Shown here: in pieces, positions 23,707 to 37,000 of the stretch
Numbering within the stretch: position 1 is the first letter of the stretch
Layout of the letters: each line of letters starts with the position of its first letter
Origin: Sphyrna mokarran
Taxonomy: Eukaryota
Assembly: GCA_024679065.1 (NCBI GenBank)
Contig: JAGIQG010000009.1
Location: 96,782,001-96,846,000 of the forward strand
Direction of reading: 5' to 3'
Length of the DNA stretch: 64,000 bases
Notes under the pieces: model-generated
The model's database searches: none
What the model was told of the DNA's origin: nothing
The model's input: the letters and a program-made list of their open reading frames with translations, nothing else
Position numbers and translations under genes: made by a program

Positions 23707-26394
23707 GTATGCTTCGTTAAGTAAAATGATTTTCAATTCAGTTAGCATGTTACCATCAAGCATATTAAACATTACGCAGGCACACAACTAAAACCCTGCA
23801 TCCATTTGTCCATCTAACTATCCTCCATCTGTCGTACATAAGAACAGCAACATCATCAACAAGACAGATAAGTCCTTCCATAATTATTTATATGAATTGT
23901 TTAAATAGATTGAGGCCCTACTATGCATCCCGTGACTCTACGACACTGAAACCTAATTGTTACGTTCCCCATGTTCGACCAACTTTGGCTGATAAGTGTA
24001 TTTTATGATGCATTTTAGGCAGCTGCGTTGTTGGAGTTAACTGGTTAATTACGGGGTTTCAATGTTAACATTTTAATTCTATTATAAGAGGAAAGCTTGA
24101 AGAAATTGTGACAAAATTAAGTTGGAATTAAACACCCACGCATCACAGTATCTTTGATATATGAAAACGTATCAGGATGAACATTGTGGTAGACAAAATA
24201 ACAAAATGTTGTTTCTTTCGAAATAGTGCTTCCTGGTGCTACTTCCTTTAAGGGATTATTTCTTTTCAAGCAGACAAATATAGAAGAAAATGTACAAGAT
24301 TGTACGCTGAAAATCAATAAAGGGTAGCGAAGTGTTGTCCATCCGTGGAGAAAGATAGGATTGCATGTGGTTTTGTGGCATACGGAATGGGATTGAAGCC
24401 ATCAAGCGTATTAACCATCGACAACATGCTTTTTGCGTTTTATGGAGACATTAAAGTCAAACCTACCGACCTATCAACATACCTACCTATCTGTCTGTCT
24501 ATCTATTCATCCCTCGTTATTATTCAAAAAGACGTACTTTTCATTTCCTGCAATGTTATCTTATGAACCAAAAAAGTTCTTAATTGTTTGCAAGTGTTAC
24601 AGTATTGTTATCAGCCGAAGCAAGCTATCCTGAGAGTAAAGATGTGAAGTTATTGTAAGTGAGAATGCCATTCGAAAACATTTGGGGAACCATTCAATAT
24701 TTCTTACCCAGCAAGTTCTACAAATTCCACAGAAGGTGTCATGGAAGGAACTTACTCACAAGTTTGAGTAAGTCGCAATGTTGCGTCTGGAAGGAAAGTT
24801 AAAGTTTATTTCTTAGTCGCTAGTAGGCTTGCATTAACACTGCAATGAAGTTACTGTGAAAATCCCTAGTCGCCACACCCCGGCGCCTGTTCGGGTACAT
24901 TGAGGGAGAATTTAGCATGAAAACACAGTTGTCGATTTTATTGCAATTTAGATCGAAGGATATGATCGATAGCACCGCAAATGATCTGAAATGTGCTTAA
25001 ACCAATTAGGCAATCGCAAAATTCATAATTAGAAGAGTTTTCTGAAACATGATTCGATATTGTCAAAAATTAATCTACCATTCAACTGACTCTTGTAAGC
25101 TGTAATGTGTCAAGGTCAAAGATGTGCGGGTTAGGTTGATTGGCAATGCTTAAATTGCTCCTTAGTGTCCTGAGATGTGTAGGTCAGAGGGATTAGTGGA
25201 TAAAATATGTAGGGATATGGAGGTAGGGCCTGGGTGGGATTGTGGTCCGTGCAGACTCGATGGGCCAAATGGCCTCTTTCTGTACTGGGTTCCTAGTATT
25301 TACTTCTCTGCACAGTCTTATCTACACAAATCTCTGACATGATGAGCAAAACAACACCCAGCAAGAGCTGAACTGAAAGATGACGTTGAGGTACAATGGT
25401 GGGCAGGTACAGGATGTATTTAACTTTAGTACCTGACCCTTGGTGATTGGATAGATGGACACGGACAAATGACTGACATGGAGGGAGCTGCCAATCCTGA
25501 GAATATGGTTTATAAACAGGTATTCTGAAGCTCTGTATTCACAATTAGTTAGATAGGAGAGGAGCGCATCCCTGACATGAGAAAGCAGAATGCTACCAGA
25601 AACAGTTACAGAGATTAGCACTCACTCTGCATCTGCCTTCTGCTCATCATCGAATATTGGTAAACTACTCTTCCCAAAAATGGATTGAATGCTTTTCCTG
25701 TCTTTTGACCTTGTGCATCGTATGGAAGCTGCTGCCTCTGAACAAATACTTCACAAACTGTTTGAGGTTCACTTCTGAGCTCATTCCTCTGTTTGGAATG
25801 TCTGAATATCCTGGATCAGAATCTTACAGCATGGAACCGTAGCACCAAACACATGCAGAAAAGCATAACTCATAGGTTTATAGACCAGTTGTCTACAGCT
25901 GTAAGCAAACAACAACTTTTCCAAAGTGTTCTGGCAAAATATATTGATATTTCAAAAGAAATATTCTGGAAACATGTGTCAAACATGTACTACATCACTT
26001 CAATACAAAAACTAGCTTCAGCTGCATAGACAATCTTTCCATTCTGTTTTAATAGAGCTGGCCTTCCAAAATAATGTCCCATAATTTAACATGACAATAA
26101 TGCCATAGCTCAATGTTAATGAGGAGATATTTAGAAGTACATTTTTCTGTCTCTCCTTTATACAATGCCATTCTTTGGAAAATGTATTTTCTCCAATGGT
26201 TGGTGATGTTCCGGTGTTCAGTGTGCTTACCTCCTCACTCCACTGTGAAACAGTGTACAGATGCATGGCTTTGTTGTCCATGCACATTTCGGCACCTTTC
26301 CCCTTCAGTCACAGGATTAATTACCTGGATAATATCGTTGCGCAAGGATAGTTGAAATAAGTCAAACAAAGTCAGCAATAGATCAGAACTAGAG

Positions 26395-27260
26395 AGAGAT
26401 TGACAATGTCGAGTTTTTTTGAAGGGATAACCAAGAAGATAGATGAGGTCAGTACATTTGATGTTGTCTACATAGACTTTAGCAAGGCTTTTGACAAGGT
26501 ACCTCATAGTAGGTTGTTGCATCAGGTTAAATCTAACGGGATCCAGAGCGAGGTATCTAAATTGATACAAAATTGGCTTCTTGTAAGAAGCCAGAGGGTG
26601 GTTGTAGAAGGTTGTTTTTCAAACTGGAGGACTCTGACCACCGGTATACCTCAGGGATCAGTGCTGGGTTCACTGTTATTTGTAATTTATATTAATGATT
26701 TGGGTAAAAATATAGGAGTGGTTAGTAAGTTTGCAGATGATGCCAAGATTGCTGGCATAATAGACAGTAAAGAAAATTATCTCCACTTGCAATAGAAACT
26801 TGATAAATTGAGCCAGTGGTCTGACGAATGGCAAAAGGAGTTAATTTAGATAAAGGTGAGGTGATGCATTTTGGTAGATTGAACCAGGGCAGGACTTAAT
26901 CAGTTAATAGTAGGGTGTTGGGGAGAGTTGCAGAGTAAAAATATCTAGGAGTACCTGTTCATAGTTCCTAACAAGTAGAGTCACAGGTGGGCAAGAGTTG
27001 TGAAGAAAGCATTCAGCATGCTTGGTTTCATCGGTCAGAACATTGAATACAGGAGTTGGGATGCCGTGATGAAGTTGTACAAGATGTATAAGACCACACT
27101 TGGAATACTGTATATAGTTCTGATCATCCTATTATAGAAAGGATATTATTAAACTAGAAAGAGTGCATCAAAGATTTAGTAGCATGCTACTGGGGCTTGA
27201 TGAGTTATAAGGAGAGGTTGGATAGACTGGGACTTTTTTCTCTGGAGCGTAGAAGGCTCT
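26395..27260 (+). mobile_element. Older decayed CR1-clade LINE fragment
   Basis: DFSKAFDKVPH, PQGSVLG, KFADD followed by many stops. Confidence 0.9.
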
Positions 27261-27524
27261 TTTTAAAGGTCTACAAAGTATTCTACATTGTCATACACAC
27301 AAGACAATGAGAGTGTTGCTTGGGGCATTAAGGGCTGAAGAAAGTGCTGACTGTCATTGTTTCTCCTATTAATACGTTGCGCTATCTTACTTTTAAGGTG
27401 CTATCAGCACTCCTTTTTGTTCCTTAAAACTCCCATTGGCATCTGTGTTTCCATGACATATTTTCATCAGTTTCCCTACATAGTAAATCTTCCTATTAAC
27501 CAAAGTTTAATGGTTGCAAATACG

Positions 27525-29232
27525 TTGGAGAGAATACCAAGGATTAATTGTAGTGAATTCACGCAGAGTGCTGGAAATGTAGCTATGGAGAGCACTGAGG
27601 TACAGGGTTGCAAATTGGGAAGTATTGTAGTAGATAGGGAGGATGTGTTAGAAATTCTCGAGGGTTTGAAGTTGGATAAGTCCCCTGGGACGGACGGGAT
27701 TTACCCTAGGATTCTCTGGGAGGCAAGAGAGGAGATTGCAGAGCCTCTGGCTCTGATCTTCAGGTCCTCGTGGGTTACGGGTGTGGTTCCGGAGGACTGG
27801 AGGATAGCGAATGTGGTCCCATTGTTTAAGAAGGGGAAGAGAGACCTTCCAGGGAATTATAGGCCAGTGAGTCTTACTTCTGTTGTGGGCAAGGTATTGG
27901 AGAGAATTATTAGGGATAGGATTTATAGTGATTTAGAGAGAAATGAATTGATTGGGGATAGTCAGCATGGTTTCGTGAAGGGTAGGTCATGCCTTACTAA
28001 CCTCATTGCGTTTTTTGAGAAAGTGACCAGAGAGGTGGATGGGGGTAAGGCGGTTGATATAGTATATATGGACTTTAGTAAGGCGTTTGATAAGGTGGCC
28101 CATGGAAGAATTCTACAGAAAATGCAGATGTGTGGAATAGAGGGTGATTTAGCTAATTGGATTAGGAATTGGCTGGCAGATAGAAGACAGAGGGTGGTGG
28201 TTGATGGGAGATATTCATCGTGGAGTTCGGTGACGAGGGGTGTGCCTCAGGGGTCTGTTTTGGGGCCCCTGCTGTTTGTAATTTTTATAAATGATCTGGA
28301 TGAGGGTATTGAGGGATGGATCAGTAAATTTGCAGATGACACTAAAGTCGGTGGAGTGGTAGATAGTGAAGAGGGGTGTTATAGTTTACAGAGTGATTTG
28401 GACAAGTTGCAGAGCTGGGCCGAGAGGTGGCAAATGGAGTTTAATGTGGAAAAGTGTGCGGTAATGCACTTTGGCAGGAACAATAAATGTGTAGAGTATA
28501 GGGCTAATGGTAGGGCTCTTAATAGTGTTGAGGAACAGAAGGATCTTGGTGTATGTGTCAATAGATCCCCGAAAGTAGGCAGTCAAGTGGATAAAGTTGT
28601 TAAGAAGGCATATGGAGTCTTAGCTTTTATTGGTAGGGGGATTGAATTTAGGAGCCGCAGCATCATGTTGCAACTGTACAAAACTCTAGTGCGGCCGCAC
28701 TTGGAGTATTGTTGTGCAGTTCTGGTCGCCACATTATAAGAAAGATGTGGAGGCATTGGAGAGGGTACAGAGGAGGTTTACCAGGATGTTGCCTGGTATG
28801 GAGGGCAGGTCCTATGAAGAGAGGTTGAAGGATTGAGGTTGTTTTCGTTAGAAAGGAGGCGGCTAAGAGGGGATCTTATTGAAGCATATAAGATGATTAG
28901 AGGTTTAGATAGGGTGGACAGTGATAGCCTTTTTCCTAGGATGGAGGAAGCTAGCACGAGGGGACACAGCTTTAAATTAAGGGGTATGAGTTATAGGACG
29001 GATATAAGAGGTAGGTTCTTTACTCAAAGAGTGATTAGGGAGTGGAATGCCCTGCCTGCAGCTGTTGTAGATGCGCCAAGTTTGGTGGAGTTTAAGAGGT
29101 TAATTGATAAGTATATGGAAGAGAAGGGGATGGTTTAGTTTGGAGGGGCATTGCTTTTTATTTTGGTCGGCACAACATCGAAGGCCGAAGGGCCTGTTCT
29201 GTGCTGTATTGTTCTATGTTCTATGTTCTATG
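27525..29232 (+). mobile_element. Young 5'-truncated CR1-clade LINE with complete RT domain
   Basis: KSPGTDGIYPR, NYRPVSLTS, QHGF, DFSKAFD, PQGSVLGP, FADD. Frameshift near 28710 and (TTCTATG)n tail. Confidence 0.95.
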
Positions 29233-30124
29233 AATTGCAATTAAAAAGATACATGGATAGACATTTCAAGCAACCTACGTTTCAAGAACTGAAATACTGA
29301 TAATATTAGGCAGATGCTTTACTCCCAGCACGGTTATGATAGATAGAATGATCTCCTTTGCCGCAAATGTCCATGATTCTACGTTATATTCATCCACTGA
29401 GCAAATTATCATGGCAGATTAGTGTCTTTTCAGGAGGAATAAGCGATTGGCCAAGATGGCAGACTGGTGTAACATGCAAATATGTCAGTATTGCGGCCTT
29501 TAGGGAGGGCGGCTGGCGAGATGCCGGCAGTAAAGGAAAACCTTTAAAGGAAATTGAAAGTGAAATAAAAAATGTGTAACCTTAAATAAAAACAAAAACC
29601 AGCAGACCCTATCCCCAGGAGTAGGTTGTCAGGCTTTGTAGTATTTTAGTTCCCAGGATTCACCAGTTGCTCAGAAAATTGGCAAACAGAATTCAACCTA
29701 GAGATATACGAAGTGAAACATTTCAAGAGGTCAAACAGGACGTGGGAATACACATTAAATGTAGGATACTCAATGAAGTAGAGGAAATTAGGGTCTTGGG
29801 AATGAATGGTAGCAGGACAGTTTGATAAAGTGGAAAAGGAGGCAAATCAAATTCTCTTCATTTATTAGCCCAGACAGGGAGGCTAAGTTGGGACAATATA
29901 AAACATAACTTAGGCCACAACTTGGGACTGCCAGATTCAAGATGGCGCCAGAGTATGGAAACTTCTTCCTCCAGTTCTATCTTTTACTTACAAGTGGAAT
30001 GTTACTGGCATGGCTGCCCAAGGTTCATATGATCCCACCCAAGGCCAACAGAGAATACTGTTCTCTGAGCCTTGCCCAACCTTGGAACCGGGGTAGATTT
30101 GCCGGTAAAATTCCAGCCACAGGA

Positions 30125-30442
30125 TATCATAGAATCCTACAGTACAGAAAGAAACCATTCGACCCATCAAGTCTGCAAAAACCACAATCTCACCCAGGCC
30201 TTATCTCCCTAACCCAATTCATTTAGCATTGTTAGTTCCCCTGACAATCTTAAGGACAATTTAGCACAGCCAATTCACCTAACCAACATATCTTTGGACT
30301 ATGGGAGAAAACAGGAGTACCCAGAGGAAATCCACACAGACATGGGGAGAACATGCAAACTCCACATCGACCTAAGCTGGGAATAGAACCCAAGTTCCTG
30401 GTGCTGTGAGGCAACAGTCTAACCACTGTGCCACCATGCCAT
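30125..30442 (-). mobile_element. HE1-type V-SINE
   Basis: Head, core and tail. Confidence 0.85.
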
Positions 30443-31552
30443 CCGACCAAATGCCTCAGTGCTACCCTACTACTGTGCCATAGTGCCCCCCTAACGATTC
30501 TATGCTTTTAAAACTGCACTCTAACTCATATAAACTATATCAAGTTGATCTATCTCTAAATCCTAGCTATAACTGTAACATTACTTTCTGCACCCTCTCC
30601 TTTCCTTTTCTCCTGTGTACTCTCTGTTTAGAACGCAAGAGATAATACTTTTCACTGTATCCCAATAAATATGACAATAATAAATTAAATCAAATCAAAT
30701 CAAAAAGTGTGCAGTTTTGGGTAGCTCATAACAGTTATAATGTAATTTCACTCAAAAAGATAAGAGGTTTGCGAAGATGTTGCCAGAACTGGAAAATGGC
30801 AGCAATGCTGAAAGATTGAATTGACTGGCATTGTTTCCCTTAGCCAGGCAGAGCTGATGAGAGATTTGTTTGAGGTGTACATAATTGTGCGCAGCCTGGA
30901 CAGGATGGATGGGAAGGGACACTTTAACAGTGAAGCTAGTAATGAGGCAGTATCAGTTTAAATGATTCGCAAGAGGAGGTAAGAAAAATCTCAAAATGAG
31001 TCTGCAATACATGGTTTGAAAGGATACTGGAAGCAGAAACCATCATTTCATTTGAAAGGTCCCTACATGTCCATCTGAAATGTTGTGATGTGCAGTTGCT
31101 GGAAAATGGGATGAGGCTGGGTGTCGTGTTGACCACTCAGCATTGATATAATAGGCCAAAAAGTCTCTGTCTGCGCTGCAAAGGTCCTATGATTCTGTTC
31201 TGAGACTAAAGGCTGAACTGGGACTGAGTGTTTGCAACATGTTTTATATAGCTGTGTTCAGGTTTGCGGCCTGTCATTCTCCTCTAAATAGCACATTTCA
31301 CGTGACATTTCGCCTCTTGGAGAAGTGCACAACACAAGGCTAAAAGCAACCTCAGCCCTGCTACCACGTAAGGGACCAATCGAATCACAGAACTAAAATG
31401 TGTCACTTAAATTGCCAAACACATGCAGACCTGAAGCTTGATTTGGAACTTCATTGATCGTTGAACTCGTTGGAAGAAAGTTAAAGGGTTTTTCATGTTT
31501 TTATTTTAATTTAGTGTAAGAACCCCATTAGATTAGACCATATTAGATAGAG

Positions 31553-31830
31553 GATGGCACGGTATCATGGTGATTATCACTGTTGCTTCACAGCTGCAGA
31601 GACCCAGGTTCGATTCACAGCTTGGGTCACTGTCTTTGCAGAAGCTCCACGTTCTCCCCGTGTCTGCATCGGTTTCCTCCGAGTGCTCCAGTTTCTTCCC
31701 ACAGTCTGAAAGAAGTTCTTGTTAGGTGCATTGGCCATGCTGATTTCTCCATCAGTGACTAGCAAATATTCATTGCAACTTAGTTGCAGTGTTAATGTAA
31801 GCCTTCTTGCGACACTAAAAGTATAAACTT
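31553..31830 (+). mobile_element. HE1-type V-SINE, alternative-tail variant
   Basis: Tail ttgcagtgttaatgtaagcc. Confidence 0.8.
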
Positions 31831-32094
31831 TAGGTTCACCTCTTCTCTAGAAATTATTAAAGTCGCCATTGTCTCTAGATACGGGAGACGATACATCCCA
31901 CATTACTTCAACTAAAAGAGTAACACCATTGGCTGTTTCTGTTTAATTGCAATGGCAATAAAATGCAAATCGCCAAAGGTGCAAGAAACCCTCAAGTCCA
32001 GAATATTTGCATTGCAATTAATGTGAGGAACAAATATGTCAGAGAAACCCAAGTAAACAGACAATGATGGAAGCAGATCAACAGCAAAACCAAT

Positions 32095-32950
32095 TGCAAT
32101 GGGATCTTGATCAATTGGGCCAGGGGGTTGACGAATGGCTGATAGAGTTTAATTTAGACAAATCTGAGGTGATGCATTTTGGTAGATTGAACCGAGCAGG
32201 TTTTACTCAGTTAATGGTAGGGCATTGGGGAGAATTACAGAACAAAGAGATCTAGGGGTACAGGTTCATAGCTACTTGAAAATGGTGTCACAAGTGGTGT
32301 AGAAGGCATTCGGCATGCTTAGTTTTATTGGTCAGAACACTGAATACACGAATTGGAATGTCTTATTGAAGTTGTATTAGACATTGATATGGCCTCACTT
32401 GGAATAGTGTGTGCAATTCTGATCACCCTATTATGGAAAAAAAATATTATTAAACTAGAGAGAGTGCAGAAAAGATTTACTTGGATGCTATCAGGACTCA
32501 ATGGATTGAGTTATAAAGAGAGGTTATAGAGACTGGAACTTTTTTCTCTGGATCGTACTAAGAAGTGATCTTATAGAGGTCTATAAAATAATGAGGGGCA
32601 TAGATCAGATAGATCGTCATTATCTTATCTTTTCCAAAAGGTAGGGGAATCTAAAACTAGAGGGCATAGGTTTAAGATGAGAGGGGAGAGATACAAAGGT
32701 GTTCAGAGAGATTTTTTTTCACACAAAGGGTGATGTCCGGAACAAGCTGCCAGGGATCGTAGTAGAGGCAGGTACAATTTTGTCTTTCAAAACGCATTTA
32801 GATAGTTACATGGGTACGATGAGTATCGAGGGATGTGAGCTAAATGTGGGCAATTGGGACGAGCTTACGGGTTAAAAAAGGGGCGGCATGAACAATTTGG
32901 GCCAAAGGGCCTGCTTCCATGGTGTAAACCTCTATGACTCTATGATTCTA
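32095..32950 (+). mobile_element. Older CR1-clade LINE 3' fragment
   Basis: EFNLDKSEVMHFG, decayed C-terminus, ctatgattcta tail. Confidence 0.85.
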
Positions 32951-34056
32951 AGACTTCAGAAAGCTTATTCATCATCACTTCTACCACGCCATCGGTTTAC
33001 CTGCAGAGAAGTGTGGCAATGAAGAGGGGATAACATGAATCATGAAAATAAAATCCCTTCAGTGCAACGTCACATTAATGATGATTCAAAATACTCTTCT
33101 ATTCATTTAGTTTTCTTTATATTTAGCCAATCAAGGCAAATAGGAATCGCTAGAAGGCCAGACTTTATTATCCAGCTCTAACTGTCCTTGTGAAATTAAT
33201 TATGAAATGTCGCTTTGAAGCGTGCAGTGTATATGTTGTAGGTAAACCGACAATGCAGATAAAGAAAGATATTCTATATTTTGATCAATGCTGTTGAGGG
33301 AATTATGATATATTTTCAAGTCAGGGTGTAGTATCATTTGGGATTAAAACTGAGTGCGTTTGCTGATCTCATTTGCCCGTTGTCCTTTGCTCTTCCCAGT
33401 TGTGACAGTTGCTGATTCGATAATTCTAGTCAAAGAATGTTCCATGAATTTTGCTGCAGTGGGTCTCACTATTGATGGGTATTGCTGCCACGTTTAAAAT
33501 GAGGAATTGAGCCCTATGAAACAGGCCATTCTGTCGTGGATGTTTTCCAACATCTTGAGTGTCAACGAACGAGATTAATCAGATTTCTAAATTGCTGCAC
33601 TCAACAAGGTTAATGGAATTTCTAAATGGTGCCTCGTGGTGAATCAGGAAGCGATTCAATGACCGCTATGTCTGCTAACGGGGGCATGGAGGGAGCATTT
33701 GAGGAGGAGCCTACATTGAAAACCTTAAGGTGTCTGATTTCACCATGAATTCCAACCTGACTGGGTGAGTGCACCCAACAATTGCTATTTGTGTTTTGAA
33801 TTTCTGGCACACAGTGTTTTTTGTTCTCGGTAAAAGGAAAATAATCAGATACAGACAGACATCCAAAAATAGTGAGCACAGCCGAAAGGGATAGATTTAA
33901 AAAGCCATCGCTGTCAAAATAGATAGCGAGAAAATGTTAAGCAGCTTCCTCCATTGCATCACATCCTGGTGCGAAGTATGCCTTCCACGAAAAGAAAATC
34001 TGTTTTCTCTGCTCGCTTTCTTGCGAAAGTCTATTATGTGGCGTCGCCGGAGAGAA

Positions 34057-34099
34057 ATGAATCCGAAGATAACAATCTGTGCGGCAGTTCTTCTTTTTG
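34057..34099 (+). CDS. Gene B exon 1, signal peptide [14 protein letters not shown]
   Basis: ATG, 14 codons, then G|gtaaaa; 43 nt as in gene A. Confidence 0.75.
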
Positions 34100-37000
34100 G
34101 TAAAATGTTTAACTATTTATAATTTATTTGACAAGTAGCTAACCTGATAGTAATTCATGCAAGATAAACGTGGGAAGAATCATTTATTCTGGATGATAAG
34201 AGTGATAAAATGTAGTTTTGCTTTATTTTTCTCGCGGGATATAAGCATTTGTTTCCCATCCCTAAATTGCGCTAAGATGTAAAGAATGGTGAGCTACCTC
34301 AGGGAACCATTGGAAATCATCTGGTGCAGATACATCGACAGTGCTGTTAGGGAGGGAGGTTCTGTATTTTGACCCATCCCCATGGGATGAAGGAACATCA
34401 GTATCCGAATCAGGGTAATGAGTGGCTTGTTTGTGATCTTGTAGGTGGTGGTGTTTCCATGAGCCTAGTGCCCTTGTTCTAGGCGGTATACATCACGGGA
34501 TTGGAAGGCCCTAACAAGGAGGATTGGTGAGTTACTGAAGTGCATCGTGTGGATGGCATAACGCATTGGTGGCGGGAGGAGCGAATGTGAAAGGTGGTGG
34601 ATGGGATGCCAAAAAAATCGTAGGCCAGATCCTGGATGCAGTTGAACTCCTTAAGCGTTGCTGGAGCTGCACTCCTCCAGACAAGTGACGGTTATTCCAT
34701 TACACTCCTTATAGATGGCGGGCAAATTTACCAATCTTTGATCTATTTGGAGTCAGCGAGAATTATCGAGCTAGCCAGTAGAGAAACAAACCTTTCGACC
34801 CAAGTTGTCCTAAACTGGCGGTTTGGTAATCTCAGCAAATTCCATTTACTTGCGTTTGACCCATATCCCTCGAAGTTTTTCCATCTGTGTACCAGTCCAG
34901 ATATATTTTAATATGTGATTGTATCCGTCTCTACCGCCTCCTCTGTAGCCACAGCATTTGTATGGCTAATCAAGTTCAACTTCTGGTCAAAAATAACCCC
35001 CAAGATTTTTGATGGGTCTTCCAGTGCAAGGCGACTAGTGCGCTGGGATGACACATTGCTCTGCAATATTTGAAATTGATTTTTTTTAACACAGTTATAT
35101 CAAAAGGTTAGCATCTCCTTTGCATAGGTTAGAAAGTAGTCATGCATTGAGTACTGATCGCTGAAAGAGCCATCAGCAATTTTGGTGCAGTTCAATGCAC
35201 CGTCACACCGTTATAAAGATTTTTTTCAGAAATTTCTGACCATGGTTGCGCTAGTCGAAACTTCACGTTTCTCATAATTCGAGCTTTAAATATACTCAGT
35301 GACGGAGCTTCCACAGCTTTCTGGAATAGGGGATTCCAACAGTCACAAACACAATTCCCCCTCATCTGGGCCCAAAGTGGCATCCACCTTATTTTCACCT
35401 TTTTCGGATGAAGAATTCCACTTAAAATGTTAAACTACATGTTTGTTTTTGTTGTTTACTGACTTCAAAATACAAATTGTAATGGCTCCGAGCGCAAAGC
35501 CGCGGGTTATATGCATTTTTTAATAGATTAAGGTCATTGGACTGAATACCAGCAGGGAGGTATAAATGATGGTCCTTTGGTGACCGACCGCCTTGCCCTG
35601 CCACCGACTTCAGTGCAACATGTGGATGGTACACACGGCTGGCACTATGCATCGGTGATAGAGACGGGAAATTCTAATTTTTTGGACTGCACTTCCCATA
35701 TTCCTGTCTTTAGAACATAGAACATAGAACATTACAGCACAGAACAGGCCCTTCGGCCTTCGATGTTGTGCCGACCAAAATAAAAAGCAATGCCCCTCAA
35801 AACTAAACCATTCCCTTCTCTTCCATATACTTATCAATTAACCTCTTAAACGCCACCAAACTTGGCGCATCTACAACAGCTGCAGGCAGGGCATTCCACT
35901 CCCTAATCACTCTTTGAGTAAAGAACCTACCTCTGATATCCGTCCTATAACTCATACCCCTTAATTTAAAGCTGTGTCCCTCGTGCTAGCTTTCTCCATC
36001 CTAGGAAAAAGGCTATCACTGTCCACACTATCTAAACCTCTAATCATCTTATATGTTTCGATCAGGTCCCCTCTTAGCCTCCTCCTTTCTAACGAAAACA
36101 ACCTCAAATCCCTCAGCCTCTCCTCATAAGACCTGCCCTCCATACCAGGCAACATCATGGTAAACCTCCTCTGTACCCTCTCCAATGCCTCCACATCTTT
36201 CTTATAATGTGGGGACCAGAACTGCACACAATACTCCAAGTGCGCCGCACTAGAGTTTTGTACAGTTGCAACATGACGTTGCGGCTCTGAAATTCAATCC
36301 CCCTACCAATAAAAGCTAAGACTCCATATGCCTTCTTAACAAATTTATCCACTTGACTGCCTACTTTCAGGGATCTATTGACACATACACCAAGATCCTT
36401 CTGTTCCTCAACACTATTAAGAGCCCTACCATTAGCCCTATACTCTACACATTTATTGTTCCTGCCAAAGTGCATTACCTCACACTTATTTTGGAGTTTT
36501 ATCATTGACGGATTTGTTCATGTTGGACCTGTTCTGTTTCACAACAGGATTAACGTTTGGGAACATCACAGTCATCCAGAGTCCACCCTGGATTAGTGCA
36601 CTTGAAGACGAAACTGTGGAACTGAATTGCACCTGCTTTGGTCCAACACGCATAGCCTCCTACAGATGGTACCTAAATATCCAAAACGCCATCGAGGTGT
36701 CCAACAAAACAAGACAATATAGCGGACGCGTATTTCTAGCGGGCAGGATCGCCTTCCGAGCAAGGAATGACGCTTCGCTGAAAATAACAGATATCAAAGT
36801 GCACGACTCAGGAACCTACTATTGCAAAGTAGAATATGTGAGACACGAGGCAGTTTGTGGACCAGGGACAAAACTTACAGTTACACGTGAGTATTTCTTG
36901 CTAGTCCCAACTTCTAAGTAAGAAAATAATCCAATCACGGTAACATGTATAATTAGGTGCCACTAGGTGCCACTAGGTGCTAGATGAAGGCAGTTTTGTT

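Noticed and set aside
25316-25337. Possible terminal ITIM exon (AG|T CTT ATC TAC ACA AAT CTC TGA = SLIYTNL*) reachable from the 23691 donor
   Set aside because: The phase fits, but it has no similarity to exon 6, directly abuts a SINE end and lies in the putative fossil frame. Chance is likely unless junction reads appear.
27357-28739. 460-aa ORF as a functional host or autonomous RT gene
   Set aside because: 5'-truncated CR1 ORF2 lacking the endonuclease, frameshifted near 28710; the N-terminus is read-in from flanking DNA.
36954-36980. Tandem TAGGTGCCAC repeat and other short arrays as CRISPR-like or functional repeats
   Set aside because: A 10-bp slippage repeat at a LINE junction with no spacers, in a eukaryotic context.
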